Shown here: positions 49,458 through 58,831 of the stretch, in pieces
Numbering within the stretch: the first letter of the stretch is position 1
How the letters are laid out: each line of letters opens with the position of its first letter
Assembly: GCA_965248925.1 (NCBI GenBank)
Contig: CBDFLE010000006.1
Coordinates: 3,264,001-3,328,000, forward strand
Reading direction: 5' to 3'
DNA: 64,000 bases
From: Candidatus Multivoradales bacterium
Lineage (GTDB): Bacteria; Acidobacteriota; Thermoanaerobaculia; Multivoradales; J023
Notes under the pieces: generated by a model
Databases searched by the model: none
What the model was told of the DNA's origin: nothing
What the model saw: only the letters and a program-made list of their open reading frames with translations
Made by a program: the position numbers and the translations under genes

Positions 49458-50330
49458 ATGAAAACTTACTACGACATCGCTGGCGACGGCGGCTCGAACA
49501 TCCTCGCCCAGGTTGAACGACAGCAGCAGGCGATTCGCGATTCGCTGGCTGGAGTGCGCCATATTCTAGCGGTGGGCTCAGGCAAGGGCGGCGTCGGCAA
49601 GAGCACCTTCACCATGTCGTTGGTTTCGGAGTTACACCGCCGCGGCCACCGCCTGGCGATTTTCGATGCCGATTTCAACGGCCCCTGCCAAGCACAACTG
49701 AGCGGCTTGACTCAAGCTCCGTGGGTGCCCAGTGAGCGGGGACTGACCCTGCCGCGCCGCGCCGATGGTATCGGCGTGGTGTCCTTCGGCAGTGTGCTCG
49801 ACCCGGCGCAGCCGGTGGAGTTCGACACCGTTTCGAGCGGCGAGGCCCACACTTGGTGGGCGACCAAGGAGTTGACCGTCTTCGGCCAGCTGTTGGCGAC
49901 GGTCGATTGGGGGGAACTGGATTTTCTGGTTCTCGATTTGCCGCCCGGCACCGAGCGCACCACCCACTTTGCCGACTTCCTTGGCGACGGCGTGTCGTTC
50001 TTGCTGGTGACCATTCCCAGCGACGTTTCGCGGGGAGTGGTGGCGCGGTCGGTCTCGGCCCTGGCGGCCTGCGGTGGGCGGGCGTTGGGCTATGTCGAGA
50101 ATATGGTCGGCTATTACAGCCGCGAACTCGATCGGATCTTGCCCCTTTTTCCGCCCTCGCAAACCGATATTCCCCTGCCCTGTCTGGGGCAAATTCCCTT
50201 CGATCCGGCCCTGGCGGCGCTTTGCGACCAGGGCTGGCCGAGTGACGCGGTGATCGAGCCATCGCCGGCCAGGCAGGCGGTGGCGGGAATCGCCGACCGC
50301 CTGCTCGCAGCCCTGGAGTCTGAGCGATGA
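49458..50330 (+). CDS. Mrp/NBP35 (ApbC-like) P-loop ATPase
   Basis: GSGKGGVGKST, DADFNGP, WGELDFLVLDLPPG, ENM, IPFDP. Confidence 0.9.
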   Translation: MKTYYDIAGDGGSNILAQVERQQQAIRDSLAGVRHILAVGSGKGGVGKSTFTMSLVSELHRRGHRLAIFDADFNGPCQAQLSGLTQAPWVPSERGLTLPRRADGIGVVSFGSVLDPAQPVEFDTVSSGEAHTWWATKELTVFGQLLATVDWGELDFLVLDLPPGTERTTHFADFLGDGVSFLLVTIPSDVSRGVVARSVSALAACGGRALGYVENMVGYYSRELDRILPLFPPSQTDIPLPCLGQIPFDPALAALCDQGWPSDAVIEPSPARQAVAGIADRLLAALESER

Positions 50331-50749
50331 AGTTTCTCTGCGTGAGTTGTGACCAGCCTATGAAGCTGACCTCTGCCGACCACCCCGCCGGTGCCGGTTC
50401 GATCAGCGCCGTTTTCGCCTGTCCGAGCTGCGATCAGCAAATCGCCATGCTGACCAATCCAGCGGAGACTCAGATGGTGCAATCGCTGGGCGTCAAGATC
50501 GGACCCGGCGAGCAAGAAGAGGCCGCGAGTAGCTGCCCCTTCTCCGGCATGCTGGCCGACATGGAAAGCCGCGCCCAGGGGGCGGATGAGGTCACCTGGA
50601 CCGCCGCTGCCTTGTCGCGGCTGAAGAACATCCCCGAGTTTGTCCGACCGATGGCCAAACAGGGGGTCGAGAGCTGGGCCAAAAGCAATGGCCACAGCGT
50701 CGTCGACGAGACGGTGATGGAAGAGGCCCGCGGCAGCTTCGGCATGTAG
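50327..50749 (+). CDS. Zn-ribbon + PCP_red-domain protein
   Basis: MKFLCVSC...CPSC, LTNPAETQ, CPF, WTAAALSRLKNIPEFVRPMAK. Confidence 0.8.
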   Translation: MKFLCVSCDQPMKLTSADHPAGAGSISAVFACPSCDQQIAMLTNPAETQMVQSLGVKIGPGEQEEAASSCPFSGMLADMESRAQGADEVTWTAAALSRLKNIPEFVRPMAKQGVESWAKSNGHSVVDETVMEEARGSFGM

Positions 50750-50823
50750 CTGGATCAGGTGAGCGCGGCGTTGCTGCCGACTGGCTGCGTGAAACCTCCG
50801 GAAACCGGCGGCTTGACGTAATG

Positions 50824-53400
50824 CTAGGAGGAACTTCGGCTTCTCGAGTTGATCAGCAGCCGCAGCATGGCGCTGAGCGACAGGGGAGCAAATCCACGCT
50901 GGTGGTTGCGGTGGCCGATCTCGAAGGCCAGCCGCCACTGCTCGAAGAGGACCCGGTAGGCGGTCCACAAGCTGTTGGTGGGATCATAGATGTGGGTTGC
51001 TTCAGAGGTCACGCCGTTGAGTTCCAGAATCTGAAACTCGCCACGACCCAGGGCTGCCGGCGAGGCAGCGCGCAGATCGTAGCGGCCAAAGTAAAAGCCC
51101 TCGAAGCCACGGCTCAAGCGTTCGATCGCAGCCTCTAGAGTGGGGGTGGCGAGATGGGCGCCATCGAGAAAAATGGCGCCGCGGCAGTGGGTGCCGACAT
51201 CGACCAGTCGTACCCTCTCACCAGCCGCCGGAACTCGCGCCGCGCTGGCGCCTAAAGCCTGCAAGTAGGCCGCCGCCATCGCCACCAAACGCCGATCGCG
51301 CAGCACCAGATGTTCGAGGTCCGCGCCGCCATCGCCGACTACTTCGGGTAACTGCTTGTCGGTAATGGAGAAAATCCGGCCGCGCTCTTCGCCCGGCAAG
51401 GCGAGCCAGAATATCCCCAGCTCAAGTCCGGCGACGTAGCGCTGGACGATGGCCGCTGTTGGATGCTCGCCGAGCCACCGCTCGAGCTCATCGATACTGC
51501 GCACCACCGCCACGCCGCGGCCGCGCTCGCCGATGTCGGGTTTGAGCACCACCGGCAGATCCAGCCCGTTTTGCTGCAAGAACCTCTCGACCCTCGCCCG
51601 TCTGTCGGCGACCTCCTCGCCCGCCGGCAGCAAGGCGTAGCGAGCTACCTTCTCGGCATCCAAGCAGGCGAGAATCTCCGACTTCGACTCGCCAATGAAG
51701 CCACTTCCACGGGCGATGCCGGGATTGGCGGCGGTGAAGAGAGTCAGCGACCGGTAGCGCATTCCGAGCCCCAAGACGTAAAGCATTACCGGTGGATAGA
51801 ACATCCACGGCGGCCAGTACTCCCAGCGAATCTTGCGCCGCCACCAACCCGCCAACAGTCGCCGACCTCGCCAGGTGAGCAGCGAACGGCTGAGCAGGAG
51901 CAGCCCCCAAACGATCGCCGCCAAACCCAGCAGGCCGGGCAGCGCCCAACGGCTGAAGACCTCGAAGGAGTCGAGTAGCTGGCTGCCGAGCACGCTGGCC
52001 AAACCCACCAATAGCGGCGTCCACAATGCCACCGGCAAGAACAAGCAGGCGGCGAACCACCAGAAAGGCGCTCGCAGCGCCCCAGCGCCAACGTAGGTGG
52101 GGATGCGGGTACCGGGGAGAAAGCGACTGGCGAAGATCATCCAAGCACCCCGCTGCTCAAACCAGTTTTCGCCCCGTTCGAGCCCGGCGGGGGAAATCAG
52201 CCATTTCAGCGGTGCTTGGCCGAGCCACGGTCGCCCCAACCAGCGGCCGGCACCGTAGAGCAGTAGGTCGCCGATGAAAATGCCGACGAAGCAAGCCAAC
52301 GCTGCTGCCAGCAAGCTCAATCGTCCCTGGGCCACCAGCAGTCCGGCGGTGATGCAGGTCAGGTCTTCACTCAGCAGAGTCGCGGCGGCTAGCAACACCC
52401 CCCAGACCAGTAGAGTCATGCCGTGGGCCGCGGGCAATCTAGCAGTGAATGGCTCGGCGGCACCTCGCCGGCGCTTTACCGACGCGGTTTGGCGAACCGT
52501 GGCTTGACCACTCTCCACCCGGCGCAGGAAATCACTCAGGGGTGCGGCCAGACGCTCGGCGGCGCGAAAGACCAGGAAGTGGTTGGCGGCGAAGGTCACC
52601 AGCTCGGCTTGGGGCACCAGGCGCTGGTGCTCGACGGCAGCGGCATAGGGCACTAGCACGTCGTCTTGGCCGTGCAGAATCAGCATCGGCCCGGCGTAGG
52701 TTTGCAAGATACCCCGCAGAGGGCGTTGATCGGTGTCGTAGAAGTTGCGCCCGTAGGGCAGGCTCAGCATGCCGCCATCGAGCAGGCCAAAGTGCGGTAC
52801 GGCCTCGAAGAGCAACCACAGGCCGCCGAGCTGCAGGCCGTGCAGCGCATGGTTGGCGTGGTAGTTGCCCAGCAGCTCCAGTTCTTGCACGCCGATCGAA
52901 GAAAGCAGGGTCAGCGAGCGGCTTCGCTCGGGCTCCAGCTCGGCCAGATGCAAAGCCACACCGCCGCCCATGCTGAATCCCACCAGGTGGAAGCTATCGA
53001 GGCGCAGGCGATTGGCGAGCTGCTGCAAGTAGCGGGCATGAGCTGAGATCGAGTAGTCGGGCAACTGCCGGCTCGAAGAGCCGAAGCCTGGCAGACTGGT
53101 GGCGATCACCCGATGGCTCGCGGCCAGCATTGGCCCTAGGTGGTCGAAGTCACCGGCGCTGCCGGGGCTGCCGTGGAGCAGCAGAATCGCTGGCTGCCCC
53201 GGTTTGCTGGTACCCCACTCGCGGTAGCTCAAGCGGACTGTTGCCGCTGGCCGCGTTTGGTGTTGAGCCGGGATGGCCGCCAGGTCGAGGGCTTGCTCAC
53301 CAACAGCCAGCGGTGGGGGTTCGGAGTGTAGAGCACGCCACAGATGCGAAGCGCCGAGCAGGATGCCGTAGCCGATCAGCAGCCGGTGACGTCGCCGCAC
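50824..53400 (-). CDS. Alpha/beta-hydrolase - DedA/VTT - ATP-grasp triple fusion
   Basis: HGSPG, GFSMGG, DVLVP, NHF; SEDLTC, GDLLLY, SRFLPG; KPDIGERGRGV, GRYDL, ELNGV. Confidence 0.88.
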   Translation of the reverse strand: MRRRHRLLIGYGILLGASHLWRALHSEPPPLAVGEQALDLAAIPAQHQTRPAATVRLSYREWGTSKPGQPAILLLHGSPGSAGDFDHLGPMLAASHRVIATSLPGFGSSSRQLPDYSISAHARYLQQLANRLRLDSFHLVGFSMGGGVALHLAELEPERSRSLTLLSSIGVQELELLGNYHANHALHGLQLGGLWLLFEAVPHFGLLDGGMLSLPYGRNFYDTDQRPLRGILQTYAGPMLILHGQDDVLVPYAAAVEHQRLVPQAELVTFAANHFLVFRAAERLAAPLSDFLRRVESGQATVRQTASVKRRRGAAEPFTARLPAAHGMTLLVWGVLLAAATLLSEDLTCITAGLLVAQGRLSLLAAALACFVGIFIGDLLLYGAGRWLGRPWLGQAPLKWLISPAGLERGENWFEQRGAWMIFASRFLPGTRIPTYVGAGALRAPFWWFAACLFLPVALWTPLLVGLASVLGSQLLDSFEVFSRWALPGLLGLAAIVWGLLLLSRSLLTWRGRRLLAGWWRRKIRWEYWPPWMFYPPVMLYVLGLGMRYRSLTLFTAANPGIARGSGFIGESKSEILACLDAEKVARYALLPAGEEVADRRARVERFLQQNGLDLPVVLKPDIGERGRGVAVVRSIDELERWLGEHPTAAIVQRYVAGLELGIFWLALPGEERGRIFSITDKQLPEVVGDGGADLEHLVLRDRRLVAMAAAYLQALGASAARVPAAGERVRLVDVGTHCRGAIFLDGAHLATPTLEAAIERLSRGFEGFYFGRYDLRAASPAALGRGEFQILELNGVTSEATHIYDPTNSLWTAYRVLFEQWRLAFEIGHRNHQRGFAPLSLSAMLRLLINSRSRSSS

Positions 53401-53402
53401 GG

Positions 53403-54140
53403 CTACCTCCGGGCTCGCGCTAGCTCGCGCTTCAAGCTGATCGGTGGGCCGAGTTGGGTAGTCGCTGGAGGACCATCGGCGTAGCGCATGGCGACGGAGT
53501 CGGCGTCTACCTCGACCACCGTGAGACTGACTGTGCGCGCATCCGGCCGCCGCATAGCCGGGGCGAAGGGGCCGGGTTCAGGTAGCTCGCAGCAGTGGTA
53601 GGCAAGGTGGTCTTCGGAGTTAGGGTGGCCGCGGTTCGCCAACAGCTCGTGCCAGACTTGTTGGCGGCTGGCGATGGCGCGGTCAGCGGCGAAGGAAGAC
53701 GAGCAGATGGGCATAGAGCTGGGAGTGGAGACTCTCAAGTCCCGACCGTCCCACTGCCACAGACGGGGCTCACCGAGAGCTGCAAAGGCCAGCAGTGAGA
53801 AGCTGCGCAATCGGCTCTTGTCGGTCTCGTTCAACCGATCAGAGACTGCCCCCAGCCCCGCCGCGCCGGCCAGTAGGCGGACCAATTGGCCGCGGCTTCG
53901 GTAGTTGCCGTTGGCTGGTGGAGCGTCTTGCAGATAGAGGTTGAGCAAGCAGACTGTCAGGCCCAGTTCGTTGACCGCGATCCAGGTGCCGCCGGCATCG
54001 GCGTCGGTCGGTGCTAGATAGCGCCGACCTTTGTGGCAGCCCTCGCTGGGTGCCAAGCCGCGCTGGCGGCTGCGTAATTCGTCGCGGTTAAAGAAGACCT
54101 GGTAGCCGCCGAACTCGATCCGCCAGGTGACGGTGCACAT
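53403..54140 (-). CDS. NRDE/TANGO2-family protein
   Basis: MCT start, FNRDE, GGTWI, SRG, RTVS. Confidence 0.9.
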   Translation of the reverse strand: MCTVTWRIEFGGYQVFFNRDELRSRQRGLAPSEGCHKGRRYLAPTDADAGGTWIAVNELGLTVCLLNLYLQDAPPANGNYRSRGQLVRLLAGAAGLGAVSDRLNETDKSRLRSFSLLAFAALGEPRLWQWDGRDLRVSTPSSMPICSSSFAADRAIASRQQVWHELLANRGHPNSEDHLAYHCCELPEPGPFAPAMRRPDARTVSLTVVEVDADSVAMRYADGPPATTQLGPPISLKRELARARR

Positions 54141-54151
54141 GGGTTGGCTTG

Positions 54152-54679
54152 CTAGAGCCCCATGGGCAAGGGCTGGCGATGAAACGAGAGGGTCGAAGGG
54201 GCGACACCAAACGCGGCATCAGGCTCGATTCCATAGCTGCGCAGAAGCATCGAGATCAGCGCGTAATGGTGGACGGTATGACTGAGCAGAAACTGCAACT
54301 CGCGGCCGAGGGTTGAGCTGCCCCAGCGTAGCGCCGAGCCGCGCCAGGCAGCGGCATCGACCCGAATTCGCAGCGGTGTTTCGATGTCGCGCTCCCCGAG
54401 TTCGTGCAAGTGGCAGATCAGCTCCTCGATCACATCGGTGGCGGCGGCCGTCTCGACCTCCACCCGGGGGTCCCGACCGCGAGCATCGTAGTCCACCCGG
54501 CCGGTGTCGAGGCCGTCGACAAAACAGCGGTAGCAGTCGGCGCAGTGGCGAAAGTGCGCGCCGACACTAGCTCGTGGACCGGCGATGCCGCCGGTGCGGG
54601 CATAGAGTTCTGGGTCGAGGGAACTGATCAGTGCGATCCCTTGGCGCAGGAAGTGGATGTTCTGGCGGGTGATGCTCAA
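54152..54679 (-). CDS. DinB-family metal-binding protein
   Basis: SVGAHFRH, YDARGRD, RELQFLLSHTVHHYALI, FGVAPST. Confidence 0.85.
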   Translation of the reverse strand: MSITRQNIHFLRQGIALISSLDPELYARTGGIAGPRASVGAHFRHCADCYRCFVDGLDTGRVDYDARGRDPRVEVETAAATDVIEELICHLHELGERDIETPLRIRVDAAAWRGSALRWGSSTLGRELQFLLSHTVHHYALISMLLRSYGIEPDAAFGVAPSTLSFHRQPLPMGL

Positions 54680-54715
54680 GGCGAGTCTCCTGGATAGTCC
54701 CTCGTCCGCAAGAGA

Positions 54716-55519
54716 CTATCCGAAGAAGGTGCGAATCTGCCGTCTATCCATGGCTTCTACGTCGAAGATAACCAGATAGTCGATAGTCTTGAATGCCCGG
54801 TCGATCGCTGGCGGGCCGCAGATCTTGGCGTGGTGGCGCAGGTAGATACGGAAGAGCTTGGGGATTTTGACGCGAAACTTAGGGTCCGGTTGCAGCTGAT
54901 CGTCGTAGCACTCCCAGCCGGGCTGCGGTCGCACTTCTAGATCTGGATGCAGGTGCCCTTTCCGATCCAGGTAGGCCAGCACGGCGCGACCTTCGACCGG
55001 ATCTTGGCTAGTCAGCGAGCAGCAGCCGAAAAGAAATCTCTTAGCGGAAGCTTGTACATAGACCGCCATGCCTTTCCACAACAGGAATAGGACTTGCGTA
55101 TTGCGGTGCTTCTCGGCGACGCAAGCGCGGCCCACTTCGAACGAGGCGTCGATGATCGCGGCCGGCAGCTGGCTCAGGTCGAATTCCTGTGCCGAGTAGA
55201 AACCGCGGTACTGGGCCGCCATCTCAGCGGTTTGCATGCGGTAGGTCCCCACCACCTCGCCCGAGCGTCGTTCGAGCACGATCAAGTGGTGACAGACGGC
55301 GTCGAAAGGGTCTTCGTCACGGCCGGTTTGGTGGGACTCTTCGAGGCCCTCTCCGAGTTCTAGATTGAACACCAGGTAGCGCAGCCTGAGTACCGCGTCG
55401 AGTTCGGCCAGAGTATGGGCAAAGCGCACTTCATAGCGCCCCTCTCGCAGCACCGTGTCGGGGATCTCGGTCGCGAAGACCGGAAACCGAATCTCAGACT
55501 CGACGATGGTCTGGCCCAT
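54716..55519 (-). CDS. GNAT N-acyltransferase (OlsB / Acetyltransf_5 type)
   Basis: LRLRYLVF.LEL, D.DPFD..C.HL, VGTYRM, YSAQEF, EVGRACV, LFGCCS, YLR. Confidence 0.85.
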   Translation of the reverse strand: MGQTIVESEIRFPVFATEIPDTVLREGRYEVRFAHTLAELDAVLRLRYLVFNLELGEGLEESHQTGRDEDPFDAVCHHLIVLERRSGEVVGTYRMQTAEMAAQYRGFYSAQEFDLSQLPAAIIDASFEVGRACVAEKHRNTQVLFLLWKGMAVYVQASAKRFLFGCCSLTSQDPVEGRAVLAYLDRKGHLHPDLEVRPQPGWECYDDQLQPDPKFRVKIPKLFRIYLRHHAKICGPPAIDRAFKTIDYLVIFDVEAMDRRQIRTFFG

Positions 55520-55533
55520 GATGCAATCGCTCC

Positions 55534-56304
55534 TCAGTGCAAGCGTCTGAAGCTGGAAGGCTCAGCTTGGAGAATCCACCGCTCCCCTCGGCGTATGACC
55601 TCACCCTCAATCTCCAGCGGCTCAGCCACATAATCGAGAATCTCGCCGTGCATCGCCCGCCCGTCTTCGCCGACCAATTGGAGGTAGGCGGCGGGACCGT
55701 TCTCGTCACGAAGCACGAAGACCGGCGGGATACCGCCGCTGATGCAACGCACGGCACACCCCCGATGGGGTTTGCCGTGGCCGGGCTTCATCAGGCCAAG
55801 ATAGCACTTGGAATCGACGATTTCTCCACGCAAACGTTGCCTGCCATAGGAGCGGTTGAGCGGTGCTGAGATGCTCGCCGGGCCGAGATCCTCAACCGCC
55901 GCGCCTTCTTCCAACTCGAGCATGGTCTGGTTGTCGCGGTAGATCAGTGCTCCGCGCAGCCGCAGGCGATGGCCGTCGAGCCCACGGAGGGCTGCGCCGC
56001 CGCCGTGCTTTCCGAAGCTCACCAGCCAGTATGGAGAGCGCTGGGCAACGCTATCGGTTGCTTGGCCGGGGCGGTCGACCAGCAAAAGCGGGTAGGGCCG
56101 TTCTATCAGGGTGCCTTCGAAGTGGCGGTATTCCAGGTACTCGAAAGTAGCGACCGGGAAAGAATTTTGCGAGGTCACCAGCAGAACCGCGACTGCCGCC
56201 AGCAGCAGCAGCAACAGCACCACGACTCGCCGGATGTGGTGGCCGATGCCGGTGGGCGCCTGGGGTAGGTAGCCGACGTAGAACTCATCCGGTCGCTCAG
56301 CCAT
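55534..56304 (-). CDS. Membrane-anchored hypothetical protein with Cys/His motif
   Basis: EFYVGY, one TM, GEIVDSKCYLGLMKPG.GKPHRGCAVRCISGGIPP. Confidence 0.75.
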   Translation of the reverse strand: MAERPDEFYVGYLPQAPTGIGHHIRRVVVLLLLLLAAVAVLLVTSQNSFPVATFEYLEYRHFEGTLIERPYPLLLVDRPGQATDSVAQRSPYWLVSFGKHGGGAALRGLDGHRLRLRGALIYRDNQTMLELEEGAAVEDLGPASISAPLNRSYGRQRLRGEIVDSKCYLGLMKPGHGKPHRGCAVRCISGGIPPVFVLRDENGPAAYLQLVGEDGRAMHGEILDYVAEPLEIEGEVIRRGERWILQAEPSSFRRLH

Positions 56305-57346
56305 GACGGATCCCCTCGTCGATCAGCGCTGGCTCGACGCGAGTGCCGGCAGGCAGGGGTTGGGGATCGACCCACACCCGCCCCTCGTGTACGGCGATGC
56401 GGAAGGTGGGTACCCGTTCAGCGAATGGCGGCGGCGAGCTGCCGTCCTCGGGTCGGTACTGGTAGCCGTGCCAGGGGCAGACCACACAGCCGTCGACGAT
56501 CTTGCCTTCGCCCAACGGGCCATTCTGGTGCTGACAGACGTTTGAGATGGCCGAGACTCTACCGTCGTAGCGGAATACCGCCACTCGCTCGCCACTGAGG
56601 GGGAAGATCCGGGCACGCTTGTCGTCGATCTCGTCGACTCCGCACAGCTCGACGAACCTATCTCCGGGCATGCCATGGCTTGGCTCCGCGATGCTCTCTC
56701 GCCTGCCAGCCAGCAGGTGCAAGACGATCAGCCATAGCATGCCAAGGGCCAGCAAGCTGGCCAGCAAGGGATGGTTTTCTTGCTGCAGAACGCCGAGGGC
56801 GACGTGCAGGGTGACCGATGCATAGGCTACATAGACCAGCATGTGTAGGGCCTTCCACACCGGCGCGGTCAGGTTGGCGAGCCAAAAATCGTGGCTGGTG
56901 GCGGCCATTAGAAACAAGATGCCGAGGGCCATCAGGCCCAGGGGTTGGAAGGGGAACTGGCTTAGGCTATCCCAGCGCGAATTGCCCACCAGCAGGCTAA
57001 CCAGCGGGTTGAGGTCGCCGAAGGCGTGAAACTGCATCAGGGAGAAGGTGCCGTGGCCCAGGGCGAGTAGAAACATCGTCACCCCGAGATGGCGGCGATT
57101 GTAGAGCAGAGGCAAGAAACGGCGGTCGAGTCTGCAAAGGGGCCCGATCGACAGAATGATGTGCAACAGCAGCAGGGCGGCGGTGCCGAGGCCGCGAATC
57201 AGCAACGTTTCTACCGTGGCTTCGGCCTGCAAGGCGCTGCCGAGGCCGATGAAGACTCCAAGGTAGAGGACGACGCCGCCCACCATCAACAGGTCGTAAA
57301 TGCGCTTCTGCCGGTTCCAACCGACGGCTTGGTACGAGACGCTCAT
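56297..57346 (-). CDS. Ferric-reductase-like (MsrQ-type) TM domain fused to Rieske [2Fe-2S] domain
   Basis: RRHLG, LGH, WKALH, LHV; CQHQNG...CPWHG. Confidence 0.9.
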   Translation of the reverse strand: MSVSYQAVGWNRQKRIYDLLMVGGVVLYLGVFIGLGSALQAEATVETLLIRGLGTAALLLLHIILSIGPLCRLDRRFLPLLYNRRHLGVTMFLLALGHGTFSLMQFHAFGDLNPLVSLLVGNSRWDSLSQFPFQPLGLMALGILFLMAATSHDFWLANLTAPVWKALHMLVYVAYASVTLHVALGVLQQENHPLLASLLALGMLWLIVLHLLAGRRESIAEPSHGMPGDRFVELCGVDEIDDKRARIFPLSGERVAVFRYDGRVSAISNVCQHQNGPLGEGKIVDGCVVCPWHGYQYRPEDGSSPPPFAERVPTFRIAVHEGRVWVDPQPLPAGTRVEPALIDEGIRHG

Positions 57347-57894
57347 CGATGCTCCTTGCTGTCGTCGGCCAGCGCTGAACTTGTGGCGCTGAACTCCACC
57401 GCGGGTGGCACCGGGCCTCGCGGCAAGGCACCGCTGCCTAGCACCTCGCCATGAGCAAGGCTGAAGAGCACTAGCTGGCCACCACGGTACTGTCTAGCGG
57501 CAGCTGGCAGTCGGAAAACTTGTGGTCGTCGGCCGGCGACCGAGCCCAACATGAAGGCTTGGGGTGGCAAGCTGCTGCTGGTGGTGACCCTGGCCCAGTA
57601 GGCCAAGACGTCCGGCTGCGCCAGCTCTGTCAGAGGCTCGATCGCCAAGAACGTCTCGTCGCCAACGGAGTAGAGCGCTAGGTGAAGGGTGACGCCAGCG
57701 ATGTCGACGGTGCTTTCCGCGGTGCTCTCCGCCAGAGTGGCAGAATTGGCCACTGGCGGACGCAGGGCGGTGGGCAGAGAACTGTTGAAGAGGGCCGCCG
57801 GAGGACGTGACCAGAGGGCCGCCGCCAGGGCAGCGGGGAGCAGACAGAGCGCGATCCAGTACCAGCGGTGGCGACGGCGCAAGGGCGCGATCAT
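57343..57894 (-). CDS. Membrane-anchored hypothetical protein
   Basis: PLRRRHR + TM; 4-nt overlaps with both neighbours. Confidence 0.7.
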   Translation of the reverse strand: MIAPLRRRHRWYWIALCLLPAALAAALWSRPPAALFNSSLPTALRPPVANSATLAESTAESTVDIAGVTLHLALYSVGDETFLAIEPLTELAQPDVLAYWARVTTSSSLPPQAFMLGSVAGRRPQVFRLPAAARQYRGGQLVLFSLAHGEVLGSGALPRGPVPPAVEFSATSSALADDSKEHR

Positions 57895-58166
57895 CGTTCA
57901 CCCCGGCTAGCTGCGCGGTGGGGGTTGTTTTCCGTCGGCGGTCCGGTACCGCGCAGCCAGCGGCCCAACAGCAGCGGCCACAGAGCGGCCGCGCCGGGTA
58001 GGATCAGGATGCGAAAACCGAGGCTGCCTCGCCGTGCGGCTGGGTCCACTCGGCCAACGCCAAGAGCGACGAAGGCTAGAGCGAAACCAAGGCCCAAGGC
58101 AACATAGATAGTCAAGCCTGTAGTCAGCCAGTTCGCTAGGGTGATCGTCAAGGGTTCGGTTCCCAT
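57891..58166 (-). CDS. Small membrane protein
   Basis: Two TMs, RVDPAA...FRILILPG..LWPLL; first gene of the operon. Confidence 0.7.
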   Translation of the reverse strand: MGTEPLTITLANWLTTGLTIYVALGLGFALAFVALGVGRVDPAARRGSLGFRILILPGAAALWPLLLGRWLRGTGPPTENNPHRAASRGER

Positions 58167-58354
58167 CGTGCTAGAGCGTTCGTTCCAAGACCGCAATCGG
58201 ATCAATTTCGGAACGAAATTAGTCGACTATTTCTGAGTCTTACCAGCTCCCGACTATACATCCAGTTGGATCCCGCTCCGGAATGCCACCGTGGGCGAAC
58301 CATTTTCCCGCCAGGGGCGTAGGATTGGAAGCAACAACTTAGGAGAAATGAGCC

Positions 58355-58831
58355 ATGCCCCCACAATCCCAGTTTGGAATACGCTATTTCGGCCGCGTCG
58401 TCATCACCGCGACCTTGCTTCTGCTCTTGGCTTGGCCGTTGGCCGCTGTCGAGCCGGTCAACAAGACCCTTTTCGGCGGCGTCGCCATCGAGGGCTACGA
58501 TCCCGTAGCTTACTTTCAGGACGGCGCACCGCGCAAGGGTGCCAAGAAGCATGTCTACGACTGGCGGGGAGCCACTTGGCGCTTCGCCAGCACCGCCAAC
58601 CGGCAGCTATTTGTTGCTGATCCCGAGAAATACGCGCCGCAGTACGGCGGCTACTGTGCTTTCGCCGTCAGCCAAGGCAAGACCGCCGGCATCGACCCGG
58701 ACTCGTGGTCGATTGTCGACGACAAGCTCTACTTGAACTACAACCAGAAAATCCAAACCAAGTGGCGAGCTGATATCCCCGGCTACATCAGCAGCGCCGA
58801 CGCCGCCTGGCCGAGGCTGCTCGCTGAGTGA
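58355..58831 (+). CDS. Exported YHS-domain protein
   Basis: Signal peptide; GYDPVAYF, PEKYAPQYGGYCAF, KLYLN. Confidence 0.88.
   Translation: MPPQSQFGIRYFGRVVITATLLLLLAWPLAAVEPVNKTLFGGVAIEGYDPVAYFQDGAPRKGAKKHVYDWRGATWRFASTANRQLFVADPEKYAPQYGGYCAFAVSQGKTAGIDPDSWSIVDDKLYLNYNQKIQTKWRADIPGYISSADAAWPRLLAE

Noticed and set aside
58355-58831. Selenoprotein form of the YHS protein
   Set aside because: The GGYC position is a normal Cys codon (TGT); no in-frame TGA.
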